A stretch of 64,000 bases of DNA from Candidatus Aenigmatarchaeota archaeon (lineage in GTDB: Archaea > Aenigmatarchaeota > Aenigmatarchaeia > Aenigmatarchaeales > Aenigmatarchaeaceae). Both the position numbers and the translations under genes were made by a program. This document shows positions 46,437-56,044 of this stretch, in pieces. The notes under the pieces were generated by a model. The model was not told the origin of the DNA, searched no databases, and saw only the letters and a list, made by a program, of their open reading frames with translations. The stretch's first letter is position 1, and each line of letters begins with the position of its first letter. Where the stretch lies: the NCBI GenBank assembly GCA_043802485.1, contig JAZDKZ010000007.1, forward strand, positions 1-64,000, written 5' to 3'.

Positions 46437-47081
46437 ATGAAGAACGTCTTTTTGAAAACAGCCATAATAACAGCAGCAGTCTTCATAATAGGGGTCTACT
46501 TCGGCTTCATCCTGGACAGCATGAGGGTTGACGAGGCCAAGAGCAGGCTCACTGAGATAGACAACCTATGGAACGACGTGAGGCTGATGCAGTCTTACAT
46601 ACAGCAATCATCCAACAGCTCAGAATACTGCGGCTTCCTGCTGGAAGAGAACCTGAAGATAGGGGACAAGATATACGCAGAAGGTATTCTGGTTGAGGAG
46701 TATGAAAATGTGAACCGGTTCGGCTCCCTATTTCTCTTGGAGAAGCAGCGATATGCTCTGCTGGACTTGCAGTTCTGGCTGAACAGCATAGAACTGAAGA
46801 AGGTATGCAACGGCAACTATTCTACCGTGATATATTTCTATTCCCAGTATGATAAAAGTCCAGAACAGAGGTTCCAGGACATGGTGCTGTGGGAGCTGAA
46901 GCAGCAATGCGGGCCCAAGATAATCTACATAACCTTCCCATCAGACATCGACATAACCACCATAGAGGTAGTCAAGAGCATTTATGGAATTGAAAAGGTG
47001 CCTTCTGTCCTGATAAACGAGGCAGTGCTTCTGGAAAGCCCTGTGACAATGGACCAATTGGAAGATTACATCAGCTGTTGA
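46437..47081 (+). CDS. Membrane-anchored protein with C-terminal thioredoxin-like region
   Basis: N-terminal TM; VIYFYS...YGIEKVPSVLIN. Confidence 0.65.
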   Translation: MKNVFLKTAIITAAVFIIGVYFGFILDSMRVDEAKSRLTEIDNLWNDVRLMQSYIQQSSNSSEYCGFLLEENLKIGDKIYAEGILVEEYENVNRFGSLFLLEKQRYALLDLQFWLNSIELKKVCNGNYSTVIYFYSQYDKSPEQRFQDMVLWELKQQCGPKIIYITFPSDIDITTIEVVKSIYGIEKVPSVLINEAVLLESPVTMDQLEDYISC

Positions 47082-47688
47082 CGCTCATAAGGACCAGAAT
47101 CAGCTTGTCCACTGCCAAGTCAAGGTCAGTATAGTCCCTGTCTTCTTCTTGGAAGCTCTCTCCCTCTGCGGTTATGAGGTAGTTCTCTACAGAGACGGCC
47201 GTCCTGTTGGCTGTTGAAGGCCCTCTCAAGAGTATGACAGGCTCTATGGGGGTCGGTATGAGATCGTCTGTGGAGTTTATGGGCACAGACTTGAAGCACC
47301 TGACGTGCTTGTTTGGGTAGAATATCATGCAGGCACTGCCGTCTTTATCCTGGAAGGTGGTGACCTCTGTTCCAAGGAAACTCCTGTAGATTATAGAGAG
47401 CTTGTTGGTTATCTCAAAGCTCGACGCAAAATAGAACGAGTTCTCTGCGTCGTTTGGAAAGAACGCGATGTGTATCTTGTAGACATCTGGGTTCATCAAA
47501 ATACTTATTATTGACCTTTCATCAGGATAGACTGGGACCTTGGCAGCCTCGTTCAGGTTGCCTCGGAAATTCCTCACGTCCCCTGCATAGAATTTCTGGT
47601 ATGGCGTAAGGAAATCAATGGACCGCAATAGAAGAACGAACAATATGACTGCCGCAATAATTAAAGAGGCGATGATGTATTTTTTCAT
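47071..47688 (-). CDS. Membrane-anchored hypothetical protein
   Basis: MKKYIIASLII N-terminal TM; start moved to clear the terminator. Confidence 0.75.
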   Translation of the reverse strand: MKKYIIASLIIAAVILFVLLLRSIDFLTPYQKFYAGDVRNFRGNLNEAAKVPVYPDERSIISILMNPDVYKIHIAFFPNDAENSFYFASSFEITNKLSIIYRSFLGTEVTTFQDKDGSACMIFYPNKHVRCFKSVPINSTDDLIPTPIEPVILLRGPSTANRTAVSVENYLITAEGESFQEEDRDYTDLDLAVDKLILVLMSVNS

Positions 47689-47710
47689 GCTATAACCTTT
47701 GGTTTTGAAG

Positions 47711-47748
47711 AAATAAAAAAGAAAAGGGAGTGGGGGTGAACCCCCCAC
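47711..47748 (-). terminator. Hairpin plus U-tract terminator after the S-layer gene
   Basis: Minus strand GTGGGGG-GTTCA-CCCCCAC followed by TCCCTTTTCTTTTTTATTT. Confidence 0.7.
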
Positions 47749-47764
47749 AAATTTGTTCAGACTA

Positions 47765-50422
47765 TTACGAATAGGCTGGTGAAGATACGCTTCCAGTTAC
47801 TTCTATTGCTGCTTCAGCCTTCTGTGCGGCTGTTGCGCCTGGGAAGCCAGTCTGCACTATTCTTCCTGCCAAGTCTGTGTCTGCTGCTCTTGTACCGGCA
47901 ATTACCAGTGCTGTGTATCCGGATGCGAATGCATCAGATATCACTTCCACTCTTCCAAAGTTGCTGCCTGGCCAGTCTGCACAGGTGTATGGGAATTTTC
48001 CTGCCGTTGCTAACTCTGATACTAGAGAGTTTATACAAGGCCCGCCCATCAAGACCAAGTCCTTTCCTGTCTTGTCTGATGCTGCGACCTCAGTGTCCAA
48101 CTTGACAACGTCTGCCGTTATTGGCAAGACTGTCTCAGTTGTTACAGTTCCGCCTCCTGCTCCACCGGATGGGGCTGGAGATACTCCTACACCAACAATT
48201 GCCTGTGCCTGTGTTGATGGTATGGACAAAGACAGTGTACCTGGTGCTGTGGAATCATATGTTACATATGTTCCGAATGCATCCATGTATCTGTTCAATG
48301 TCGAACCACTAACTGTTGGGTTAGTTGTCACAGGTGCTGTGAAACTTGGTGCTGCTGCAAGGTCTACTCTGTTGTATGATACATCACCTGCCATTCTAAC
48401 TGCAATTACACCTCTTTGCTGGTTCTGATCCAAACCTTCTGATATCAAAAGACCTGGTGTATCCCAAGCTGCTCCTGGTGCTGCTGCAGGAGTATTGTCT
48501 GTAGCTCTTACATAGATCCATGTTCCGTCTGCTACTCCAGTCACGTTGTATGTTGCATTTCCGACTACCTGAGCACCTTGTCCTGTACCTACAGTTATGT
48601 TAGGCACAACAGAAAGTGCTCCTGTTGGCAAGTTCAAGATATAGGTTGTTCCTGTTGTTAGACCTGACATGTTTACTGGATTTGTTATTGAAACCCAAGC
48701 TCCTTTGCTTGTCATCAATGTTGGGTACACGTCTGTTGCTGTACCAACTGAGTTGTTTGTAGCGCTTGTTCCCCAGAAGAACCTAGCATGTGTAGTGTTT
48801 ACTACATCCAAGGCGTATGCCTGTCCGTCCAGATATAGTGTGGTGTCTCCACCCGTTACTGTCAATGTTGCTCCGCTAGCTACATCCTGAAGTGTTGTTG
48901 TTGCTGCTGCTGAGGTTTCTACTGACAATACTCTAATTATGTGTCCGAATGAGTTTTGCCCTGCACCTGCTAAGCTGTTCTGTCCTAGAACGACATATTC
49001 GTTCTCTGCTACAGTTGCACCTTCTACTACATGTAGTGCGTAACCACCTGCATCTTGCAGTGCTACGTTTGCTACACCGATTGCTGAGGACCTTACAAAG
49101 TTCTGTGTAAGTGTTTGTCCGTCTGACGTTGTGAGACTCAATGTTCCTGCTGTTCCAGAAGGTGTTATTGACACAGTCTCTCTGTCTGTGCTGCCTATTG
49201 CCGGTGTTATTCCACCGAAGAATATCTTGAATCCTCCGGTTGCTGGGTCAGTCAAGCTGTTTCCAGCGGTTACAAACTGCTCCAACGAAGGCGTCCATAC
49301 TAACTGTATGTTATCCATTGTCAAAGATGTTGCGTCTGCTGTTCCTGTCATGACGACTCTCACGTCTGTCAAAGTCTGTCCATTTACTCTAACACCTGAA
49401 TATGGTGTCGAGCTTGTCATGTCTGTGTCTGCAAGTTCCAGCTTGTCTGCTCCTAAGAACACGACTGCGCTGTCAATTGCTCCTGTCTTTGTTGTGGTGA
49501 AGATAGATGTTACACCCATAAGTGTTCCATCGTTCAAGGTCTTTGTTCCTCCAGACAATACTTGTACTGTCTGTGGTGCTGAAAGACCTCCACCCTCAAT
49601 TGTCACTGTTGCGGCTGCAACAGCGTTAATTGTACCTACAGCTACTAGTGTTACCGTGTATGCGTTGCCGTCAACATCGTACGATGCTGGCTCTTCTGTG
49701 GTAACTGTCTGAGCATTCTTTCCTGACAACAATGTCAAAGAAATGCTGTTCGCTCCCACATATGTTGCTGCAGTTATTGTCCAATCCTTTCCAAGCATGG
49801 ACATCTGGCTGTTCACCATGTTTGTGATACTTGATGAAGCTATAGCCTCTGATATCTGCTTTGTATAGGACATCAGGTATGTGTATACGTTGCTGCTACC
49901 TGTTATTTTCAGACCGAGCTCTGGTGCTGTTCCACCGTTCTTTGTATCATAGACAATCTGGCCGTTTGCTGCGGCGTTTGCGAATGTCAGATACTGTGCG
50001 TATGGAACTGAGACACTTGCCTGGTCTACATAGTTTCCACCTGCTAACAAGGTTGGCAGATCAGTTGCTGTTAGGACCTGCTTGGAGCTTGCAAGGTTGT
50101 CCCAAGTGACCAATGGGTTTGTTCCCGTGGCCATTGAGGTTCCGCCTGTTACTCCTACAGATACTCCCTCTACAGATACCTGAGATGTTGTCTTGGCGTT
50201 TGCAGCCATGTTTACGGCTACATTAATTCCAGCGGCAACGTCTGCAGTAGCTGCTCCTGCTCCGATTACGAACAGGGGGAAGCTAACTGTTGAATCTGCA
50301 ACTCCTACCATGTCACTGATGCTGTCTAAACTTGTCACAGATGTTGCTAATGCCGGGGCGACTAATGTCATTCCTGCCATTAATGCTGAACCGGCTATAG
50401 CGGCTAATTTTTTGAATTGCAT
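47765..50422 (-). CDS. S-layer protein
   Basis: MQFKKLAAIAGSALMAGMTL and VIGAGAATADV N-terminal motifs; C-terminal LVLMGGPCINSL and LVIAG...ADT; Thr/Ser/Gly/Ala-rich; GAGG RBS. Confidence 0.92.
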   Translation of the reverse strand: MQFKKLAAIAGSALMAGMTLVAPALATSVTSLDSISDMVGVADSTVSFPLFVIGAGAATADVAAGINVAVNMAANAKTTSQVSVEGVSVGVTGGTSMATGTNPLVTWDNLASSKQVLTATDLPTLLAGGNYVDQASVSVPYAQYLTFANAAANGQIVYDTKNGGTAPELGLKITGSSNVYTYLMSYTKQISEAIASSSITNMVNSQMSMLGKDWTITAATYVGANSISLTLLSGKNAQTVTTEEPASYDVDGNAYTVTLVAVGTINAVAAATVTIEGGGLSAPQTVQVLSGGTKTLNDGTLMGVTSIFTTTKTGAIDSAVVFLGADKLELADTDMTSSTPYSGVRVNGQTLTDVRVVMTGTADATSLTMDNIQLVWTPSLEQFVTAGNSLTDPATGGFKIFFGGITPAIGSTDRETVSITPSGTAGTLSLTTSDGQTLTQNFVRSSAIGVANVALQDAGGYALHVVEGATVAENEYVVLGQNSLAGAGQNSFGHIIRVLSVETSAAATTTLQDVASGATLTVTGGDTTLYLDGQAYALDVVNTTHARFFWGTSATNNSVGTATDVYPTLMTSKGAWVSITNPVNMSGLTTGTTYILNLPTGALSVVPNITVGTGQGAQVVGNATYNVTGVADGTWIYVRATDNTPAAAPGAAWDTPGLLISEGLDQNQQRGVIAVRMAGDVSYNRVDLAAAPSFTAPVTTNPTVSGSTLNRYMDAFGTYVTYDSTAPGTLSLSIPSTQAQAIVGVGVSPAPSGGAGGGTVTTETVLPITADVVKLDTEVAASDKTGKDLVLMGGPCINSLVSELATAGKFPYTCADWPGSNFGRVEVISDAFASGYTALVIAGTRAADTDLAGRIVQTGFPGATAAQKAEAAIEVTGSVSSPAYS

Positions 50423-50450
50423 TTTTTATTACCTCTTTTATTTTATTTTT

Positions 50451-50580
50451 GTGCGGTGTATGCACATTTCTTGGCGCCAATTGTGCGCTTACGCGCCAAA
50501 AGGATGAAATCGATGTTGTATCGATATTTCTAGGCGCCTTATTTGTAAAAAGTAATGCGCAAAATTAGGATATATATATT
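50451..50580 (-). promoter_or_regulatory. S-layer promoter and structured leader
   Basis: TATA-like ATATATAT near 50570-50579; inverted repeats TTGGCGC/GCGCCAA and ATCGAT...ATCGAT. Confidence 0.45.
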
Positions 50581-50678
50581 CATAGAAACAGTTTCCAGCC
50601 ATGCTTTGTATTGTTTCTGGGTACAATTTCAATCAAAAATAACTAATTTTATATTATCTAATTGTTTCTAAAGGTGTT

Positions 50679-51578
50679 TTATGGCTTCTTTTGAAAATCC
50701 TTGACTATATATACCTTGTTTGACCTGCCGATTCGTTCAAGTTTGACAAGTCCTCTTTCCTTCAAAGAACTCAGCACCTTTGACACTTTTGCCTTGGAAT
50801 AGCCGCTGTCGCGCACAATAATTTTCTGATTGACACCGCTTCCGTGCTTCATTATGGTGTTGAAAATTGTTTTCTCGTCTTTTTTCAGGACAGGAATAAT
50901 AAATTTTATTCCTTTGCCTTTTAGATAGAACTGATAGAAGAGAACGAAGCCAGAAAAAGTTATGACAACAATGACCAAAAGGTACTGCATGGGTAATCCT
51001 GCAATAACTTCGCCTGTACTATCGAAAGCAATGGAAACATCAAACCTTTCCCCGACATCCAGATCATTCTTCAGCCAGTTTATTATCAGCCTTCTCCCGT
51101 CAGATCCCTTCAGAGCGTCAGAAGGACTGTAGGAATTCTCTATCGGCTCTCTCAGTCCGGTTGCTTCTGGCAATTTTACCAAAACGGAAAGTGTGTTTAC
51201 ATCGTCGTCTAAAACGAAAGAGTCAGAAAAAAGAAGATAACCTTCCCTCTTCTTGACGTTCTCATCAGAACTGTACAAGACCTGTATGTCTGTCCTATTA
51301 GAAGCATCCATATCACATGTGACAACTGTTCCCAAGACCCTCTTAACAATCTTACAATCAGCCTTTGTCTCTATGCTTATGTTCGATGGGCTTCCAAGAG
51401 TGAAGGAAACATTCTGTTCAGGATTATTGACATATATTAAATTAATCTTGTAATTCACAGTATTGTTCTCCAGAATATCTGCGTCAACACTGTACTGAAA
51501 TATCTGGCAGAACCCTGGCATTGAGAATAGAATAAAACCTAGCAATATTGTTAGCAATACCTTTTTCATGCGTATCAT
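50679..51578 (-). CDS. Membrane-anchored protein: extracellular domain, TM and cytoplasmic winged HTH
   Basis: Signal peptide, TM near aa 195-218, VNQKIIVRDSGYSKAKVSKVLSSLKERGLVKLERIGRSNKV. Confidence 0.85.
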   Translation of the reverse strand: MIRMKKVLLTILLGFILFSMPGFCQIFQYSVDADILENNTVNYKINLIYVNNPEQNVSFTLGSPSNISIETKADCKIVKRVLGTVVTCDMDASNRTDIQVLYSSDENVKKREGYLLFSDSFVLDDDVNTLSVLVKLPEATGLREPIENSYSPSDALKGSDGRRLIINWLKNDLDVGERFDVSIAFDSTGEVIAGLPMQYLLVIVVITFSGFVLFYQFYLKGKGIKFIIPVLKKDEKTIFNTIMKHGSGVNQKIIVRDSGYSKAKVSKVLSSLKERGLVKLERIGRSNKVYIVKDFQKKP

Positions 51579-52030
51579 TTTCCTCTAACCAGAACCATGC
51601 CGCCGGTTCCAGCTGCTGCGAACTGGTGCATGACATGGGAAACCGTGTTAAGGATCGACTGGGCCTCTCCTGCATCTGTCTCGAACTTTTTGGGCTCAAG
51701 AACCTCAATCGCAGACGGGCCATACTCTATGACTATCTGGACCAGGTTGTCAAAATTGCTCGAAACAAGCTCTATCTCGCTGGTCATAGAATAACCTTTC
51801 TCAACGTTCTTTATCGGCTTTTCAACCTCTTTGGTCTCCCCGAACTCCTTCTTGCACATCTTCACCCTACTGTCATTATCCAAGCGGTCAAGAAGACCTT
51901 CCAAAGACTTTTTGGTAGTTTCCTCGCTAACAGCCAAAACCTCAAACATCATCCAGGCTCTTATGTTCCCTTCCTTGACCTTTGCATCTGCCTCTTCCTT
52001 TGTAATCATAAGAACTAATTTCATTTTCAA
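51575..52030 (-). CDS. Conserved archaeal hypothetical protein
   Basis: MMFEVLA, YSMTSEIE, EYGPSAIEVLEP; true start may be 52024 or 52009. Confidence 0.75.
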   Translation of the reverse strand: MKMKLVLMITKEEADAKVKEGNIRAWMMFEVLAVSEETTKKSLEGLLDRLDNDSRVKMCKKEFGETKEVEKPIKNVEKGYSMTSEIELVSSNFDNLVQIVIEYGPSAIEVLEPKKFETDAGEAQSILNTVSHVMHQFAAAGTGGMVLVRGK

Positions 52031-52040
52031 AGCTTTAAAT

Positions 52041-53075
52041 TTATTTCCATAGCCTGCTAGGAACCCATTTCAAACCCCTGACAGGCATTTTCTCTCCGCA
52101 TTTGGGGCATTTCAGGTCCTTTTTGAGCAAGAGCCTTTTTACGCCCATGATGCTTCTTTCAATGGCCAGTTCTCCGCATTCCGGGCAGTATGTGTTCTCC
52201 AGCTTGTGGCCATGAACGTTACCGACATAGACATATTTCAGGCCCTGTTCCTTGGCTACCTTGTAGGCCTTTTCCAAAGTTTCCACGGGTGTCCTAGGCA
52301 ATTCTGTCATCTTGTGTGTTGGAAAGAACTGCAGAATATGAAAAGGCATCTCCTCCCCCAGATTGTCAACAATCCACTTGCACAGCTTTTTCAAATCCTC
52401 CATATTGTCGCCTATTTCCGGAACTAACAGGTCGGTTATTTCAGTGTAGACCTTGCTCTTCTTGTAGGCCAGCAAGGCATCGAATATGGGCTCGACTTTT
52501 GGTACTTGGGATAACTTGCTGTAAAAGTCCGGATTTGCAGAGCCCTTGAAATCCACGGTGGCGGCGTCAAGGTATCTTGATATCTTATTTATCGCTTTAG
52601 GAGAGGTGTAGCCGTTGGTCACAAACATGTTGTACAGGCCCTGCTCTGATGCTATTTTGGCTGTGTCATAAGCGAATTCATAGAATACAGTAGGCTCGAC
52701 ATAAGTGTAGGAGATGCCTTGCACTCCATTTTTCTTTGCCAGTTCCACGACTGCTTCTGGTGTATAGTCCTCGCCCGAGATATCAGCCTCCTGTGATATC
52801 TGCCAGTTGCAGCAAAAATCACAGCGAAAGTTACAGCCAACGCTGGATATGGACAAGGTCTTTGAACCGGGAGCAAACATGTACAAAGGCTTCTTTTCTA
52901 TAGGATCCACAGCCACGGAATAGAGCTTTCCGTAGACAAGCGAATAGAGCTTTCCCTTTACGTTCTTTCTGACCCTGCAAAACCCGGTCTGGCCCTCGGG
53001 TATATTGCAATTTCTAGCGCACAAGCCACAGCTAACGGCATTTTCCAGCTTTTTGTAGAACAAGGCTTCCTTCAT
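52041..53075 (-). CDS. amrS: AmmeMemoRadiSam-type radical SAM enzyme
   Basis: CGLCARNC...GFCRVR, DPIEKKPL, GCNFRCDFCCNWQIS, YVYVGNV, TYCPECG. Confidence 0.9.
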   Translation of the reverse strand: MKEALFYKKLENAVSCGLCARNCNIPEGQTGFCRVRKNVKGKLYSLVYGKLYSVAVDPIEKKPLYMFAPGSKTLSISSVGCNFRCDFCCNWQISQEADISGEDYTPEAVVELAKKNGVQGISYTYVEPTVFYEFAYDTAKIASEQGLYNMFVTNGYTSPKAINKISRYLDAATVDFKGSANPDFYSKLSQVPKVEPIFDALLAYKKSKVYTEITDLLVPEIGDNMEDLKKLCKWIVDNLGEEMPFHILQFFPTHKMTELPRTPVETLEKAYKVAKEQGLKYVYVGNVHGHKLENTYCPECGELAIERSIMGVKRLLLKKDLKCPKCGEKMPVRGLKWVPSRLWK

Positions 53076-53114
53076 GATAGTTATTTAATTTTCAAAGCAT
53101 TTTATACTTATTAT

Positions 53115-53200
53115 GCCCTAGTAGCTTAATCTGGTGAAGCGTTCGCCTCGTATAAGTTCGGGAAAGCGAAAGATTGCAGGTTCAAATCCTGCCTAGGGCT
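53115..53200 (+). tRNA. tRNA-Thr(CGT) with 12-nt canonical intron (53153-53164)
   Basis: GCCCTAG/CTAGGGC acceptor, T discriminator, TTCGC/GCGAA stem, BHB CTCG/CGGG. Confidence 0.9.
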
Positions 53201-53255
53201 CTTTACCACAGCAAGTGGTAAAAAAGCACAAGCACTGTAAATACATACTATTTAC

Positions 53256-54091
53256 ATGCACTTAGAAACTAAATACCTAAAAGAGCTTTCCAAAAATGAA
53301 AGGGATAAGATTTTTGTTAAAATTGGTATTAAGAAAAATAAATTGAAATGCATAAGAAAATTGCCGCCAAAGCAAAAACTAATAGAATCTGCCAAAATAG
53401 CACTTCAAATAGACCCTACCACAAATGAGGATTTCATTGAGTGGATAGCCGGATATGAATGGAGAGGAATTGTTCATAATTACTTTGATAATTTAGATGC
53501 TCTTCTTTCTTTTGCCAAAAAGGAGTTGCCTGTCATTAGAAAGAGTTTTGTATACAAAAACAATCCTAAAAAGATAGATATCCTTAGAATATTGCCATCA
53601 AAAATAGATATTCTGGATTTACATTGTGATATCAATGAGGATGAAATTCATATCTGGCAAAAAAATAATAGCCGCATCAGAAGCGTTAAATTAAGAAGAG
53701 AAATAGACAAAAAATCTTTCTTGTTGGCATGTCTCTCTACGCGGGAGAGGGAACAAAATCCAAAGGAAGGCATGATGTAGAAATAGTAAATTCCAACTTC
53801 TCTTTAATAAGAATATTTATTAAATTTCTTTCGGCACTGGGCATCAAAAAAGATGAAATAGGAGCTAGAGTGCATGTGCATGATAAAAAAGACGTAGAAC
53901 ATGCAACCCAGTTATGGATGGAAAATGTCGGATTGACTAGAAAACAATTTAAGAAACCTTTGATGAAGAAAAGAGGCCGCAAAGTGAACAAGAGGTGTTT
54001 TACCTTGGATTTACGCGTCTATAATTCCATGTTACAAAATCTATTATTATACTGGCTATCTGATTTGGAAAGAATAATAGACTATATTTAA
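53256..54091 (+). pseudogene. LAGLIDADG-like homing-endonuclease-type gene split by a -1 frameshift
   Basis: ORFs 53256-53780 and 53729-54091 join at the A6 run 53709-53714 to give KLRREIDKKIFLVGMSLYAGEGTK...IVNSNFSLIRIFIKFL; AT-rich. Confidence 0.65.
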
Positions 54092-54133
54092 TCTCCCTCG
54101 GGGCTTTTTATTTCTATTGTCTCAATTATCATT

Positions 54134-54325
54134 ATGGCCGAACTAAGAGGCTATAAAAAAATCATGAACTCAATAGAACATGATAGAATGAGAATGGCTG
54201 TAACTGGTGAATCATTTGATGATATTGTGAACGAGGGCATTTCTCCGGAAGACAGAAAATATTTGGATGATATAGATCGAAAAGTTGCTGCTGATCTCGG
54301 AAGAAAAAGAGGATATAACAAATAA
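54134..54325 (+). CDS. Hypothetical protein
   Basis: 63-aa ORF in an intergenic gap. Confidence 0.5.
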   Translation: MAELRGYKKIMNSIEHDRMRMAVTGESFDDIVNEGISPEDRKYLDDIDRKVAADLGRKRGYNK

Positions 54326-54403
54326 TAAGAAGATAGTATATTTCTCTTAGCAGAAAGCTATAAATTTGTCAACATAATAATTAAAAGAGTAAAGGGTGAT
54401 GAA

Positions 54404-54874
54404 ATGGAAGTTAGAATATACGAGATAGAAAAGAACGCTGTTTCAAAGGTGAAGAGTATACTGGAAAGTACGGACAAAAGTGACATAGAACTCAAATGTC
54501 AAAAGTGCGAAAAAACTGAAACTAAAACAATAGACGCTGGTAGACTTACATCAGATGAGAGCAACGAAAGGTTTGAGAAAGCCAATCCTTGTACATGTGG
54601 AGGACCAACAAAAATAGTTTCCAGTAAAATTTCTTATATAAATGAACTTGTTAGAAATGGGTATGGTTTACATGGTGCTCAGGCAATCGAAGTTGAAAAG
54701 GATTCATCATTCCTCTACATAAAAGCAGACGAAGATTTTTTCAGAAAGAATGAAAAATTGTTAATGATTGAGGGTGTAAAGAAAATGGAAGGAAATGAGA
54801 TGGAAAAAATAAAAAACAAAATAGAGGAACTCGAAGAAAAGGCCTTAGAAGGCTTTGGAGGCATATTCGGATGA
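54404..54874 (+). CDS. Hypothetical protein with Zn-ribbon-like insert
   Basis: CQKC...CTCGG; C-terminal helix ending GFGGIFG; GGTGA RBS. Confidence 0.75.
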   Translation: MEVRIYEIEKNAVSKVKSILESTDKSDIELKCQKCEKTETKTIDAGRLTSDESNERFEKANPCTCGGPTKIVSSKISYINELVRNGYGLHGAQAIEVEKDSSFLYIKADEDFFRKNEKLLMIEGVKKMEGNEMEKIKNKIEELEEKALEGFGGIFG

Positions 54875-55131
54875 TGGCTGTCTTCACGATTGGGGCTGAC
54901 GAAAGAAGGGTGGCCCAGATGATGGAGATTGCCCAGGCATGGGGCTTTATTGGCAAGTATTCTGATTCCAAGAGGCTCTTGGACGACGTGATAAAGAAGA
55001 AGATTGCCTATGTCCTGGTAGTCGACCCAGAGGCAATAGAAGAAAACGTAAAAAAACAGCTCCAAACCATGAACGTCAAGATAGTCAACTTCAATGACAA
55101 GAAAAGGCTCGAAGGCCTTATAAGAGTCTGA
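54871..55131 (+). CDS. Hypothetical protein
   Basis: ATGA overlap with the upstream gene; host-like codons. Confidence 0.7.
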   Translation: MMAVFTIGADERRVAQMMEIAQAWGFIGKYSDSKRLLDDVIKKKIAYVLVVDPEAIEENVKKQLQTMNVKIVNFNDKKRLEGLIRV

Positions 55132-55147
55132 TTCTTAATTATTTTAG

Positions 55148-55235
55148 GCGCCGATAGTCTAGCCTGGTAGGACATAAGCTTCCCAATTATCCAAGGAAAC
55201 AGCTTAGGACCCGGGTTCAAATCCCGGTCGGCGCA
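55148..55235 (+). tRNA. tRNA-Gly(CCC) with 15-nt canonical intron (55186-55200)
   Basis: GCGCCGA/TCGGCGC acceptor, TAAGC/GCTTA stem, BHB TTCC/GGAA. Confidence 0.9.
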
Positions 55236-55267
55236 CTATCATATTGATAAAAATTTCTGACATCCGA

Positions 55268-55933
55268 TTATATAGCCCCAATAGCCATCAGGTTACGACA
55301 AAAGGCGAAAATTTTATCCGTCAGGCTTAAGGTTAGAGGCTGGATGTCGTGGCTGACATAGAGGTAGTACAGAACAACAATGGTCAAACCGATTAATTCT
55401 ATGGCAGCACCTAAAGAAAATATGAACTTTTTCTTACTTACACCGTAATAAATCAAGTAGTAAATAGTTATGGCCTGCCATAAAAAGGCTACTATATATC
55501 CGATGGCGGATCTTGACAGCAGAAAACTGGAAAAGGCCGTGTTGGTCAAGATTGTAGCAAATAGCATTATAAGGTTGGCATAGTTCAAAGCAGATTTCTT
55601 AAAGTAAAGAAAGCAACCCACTGAGATAACTATACGATGCAGGCCCGCCCACATGTTCATTCCCACACCCGCACCAGCTGTTTTCGGAATAATAAAGCTG
55701 AACGAGGGTATGAAATAAAGGTCTGATATGAACATAGGAACAGTACTGGCTAGCATTATCAACCAGAACTTGTCCTTTGTCTTGTAAAAGGCGTAAGAGA
55801 AGGCTAGGAAGGCAATGGCATCGCCTGCCAAGTAGGCTTGAGTTGCCGGTGTACGTATCAACATGCTCCTAATGATTAGAATAAACGAGACTATCGCTAC
55901 TGTGTAAACAAGCAGTCTGACCTTGTCCGCCAT
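55268..55933 (-). CDS. Multi-TM hypothetical membrane protein
   Basis: About 7 hydrophobic segments; directly 3' of tRNA-Gly. Confidence 0.7.
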   Translation of the reverse strand: MADKVRLLVYTVAIVSFILIIRSMLIRTPATQAYLAGDAIAFLAFSYAFYKTKDKFWLIMLASTVPMFISDLYFIPSFSFIIPKTAGAGVGMNMWAGLHRIVISVGCFLYFKKSALNYANLIMLFATILTNTAFSSFLLSRSAIGYIVAFLWQAITIYYLIYYGVSKKKFIFSLGAAIELIGLTIVVLYYLYVSHDIQPLTLSLTDKIFAFCRNLMAIGAI

Positions 55934-56044
55934 AGTAATATTTTTTTGTCCAGCTATTTATCTTTTCTAGAAATATGATGCTCACAAACCATGTTCAAAC
56001 CCCGCCAGCCGCACCATTTTATTAAAGAAAAGTAAAGATTTAGT

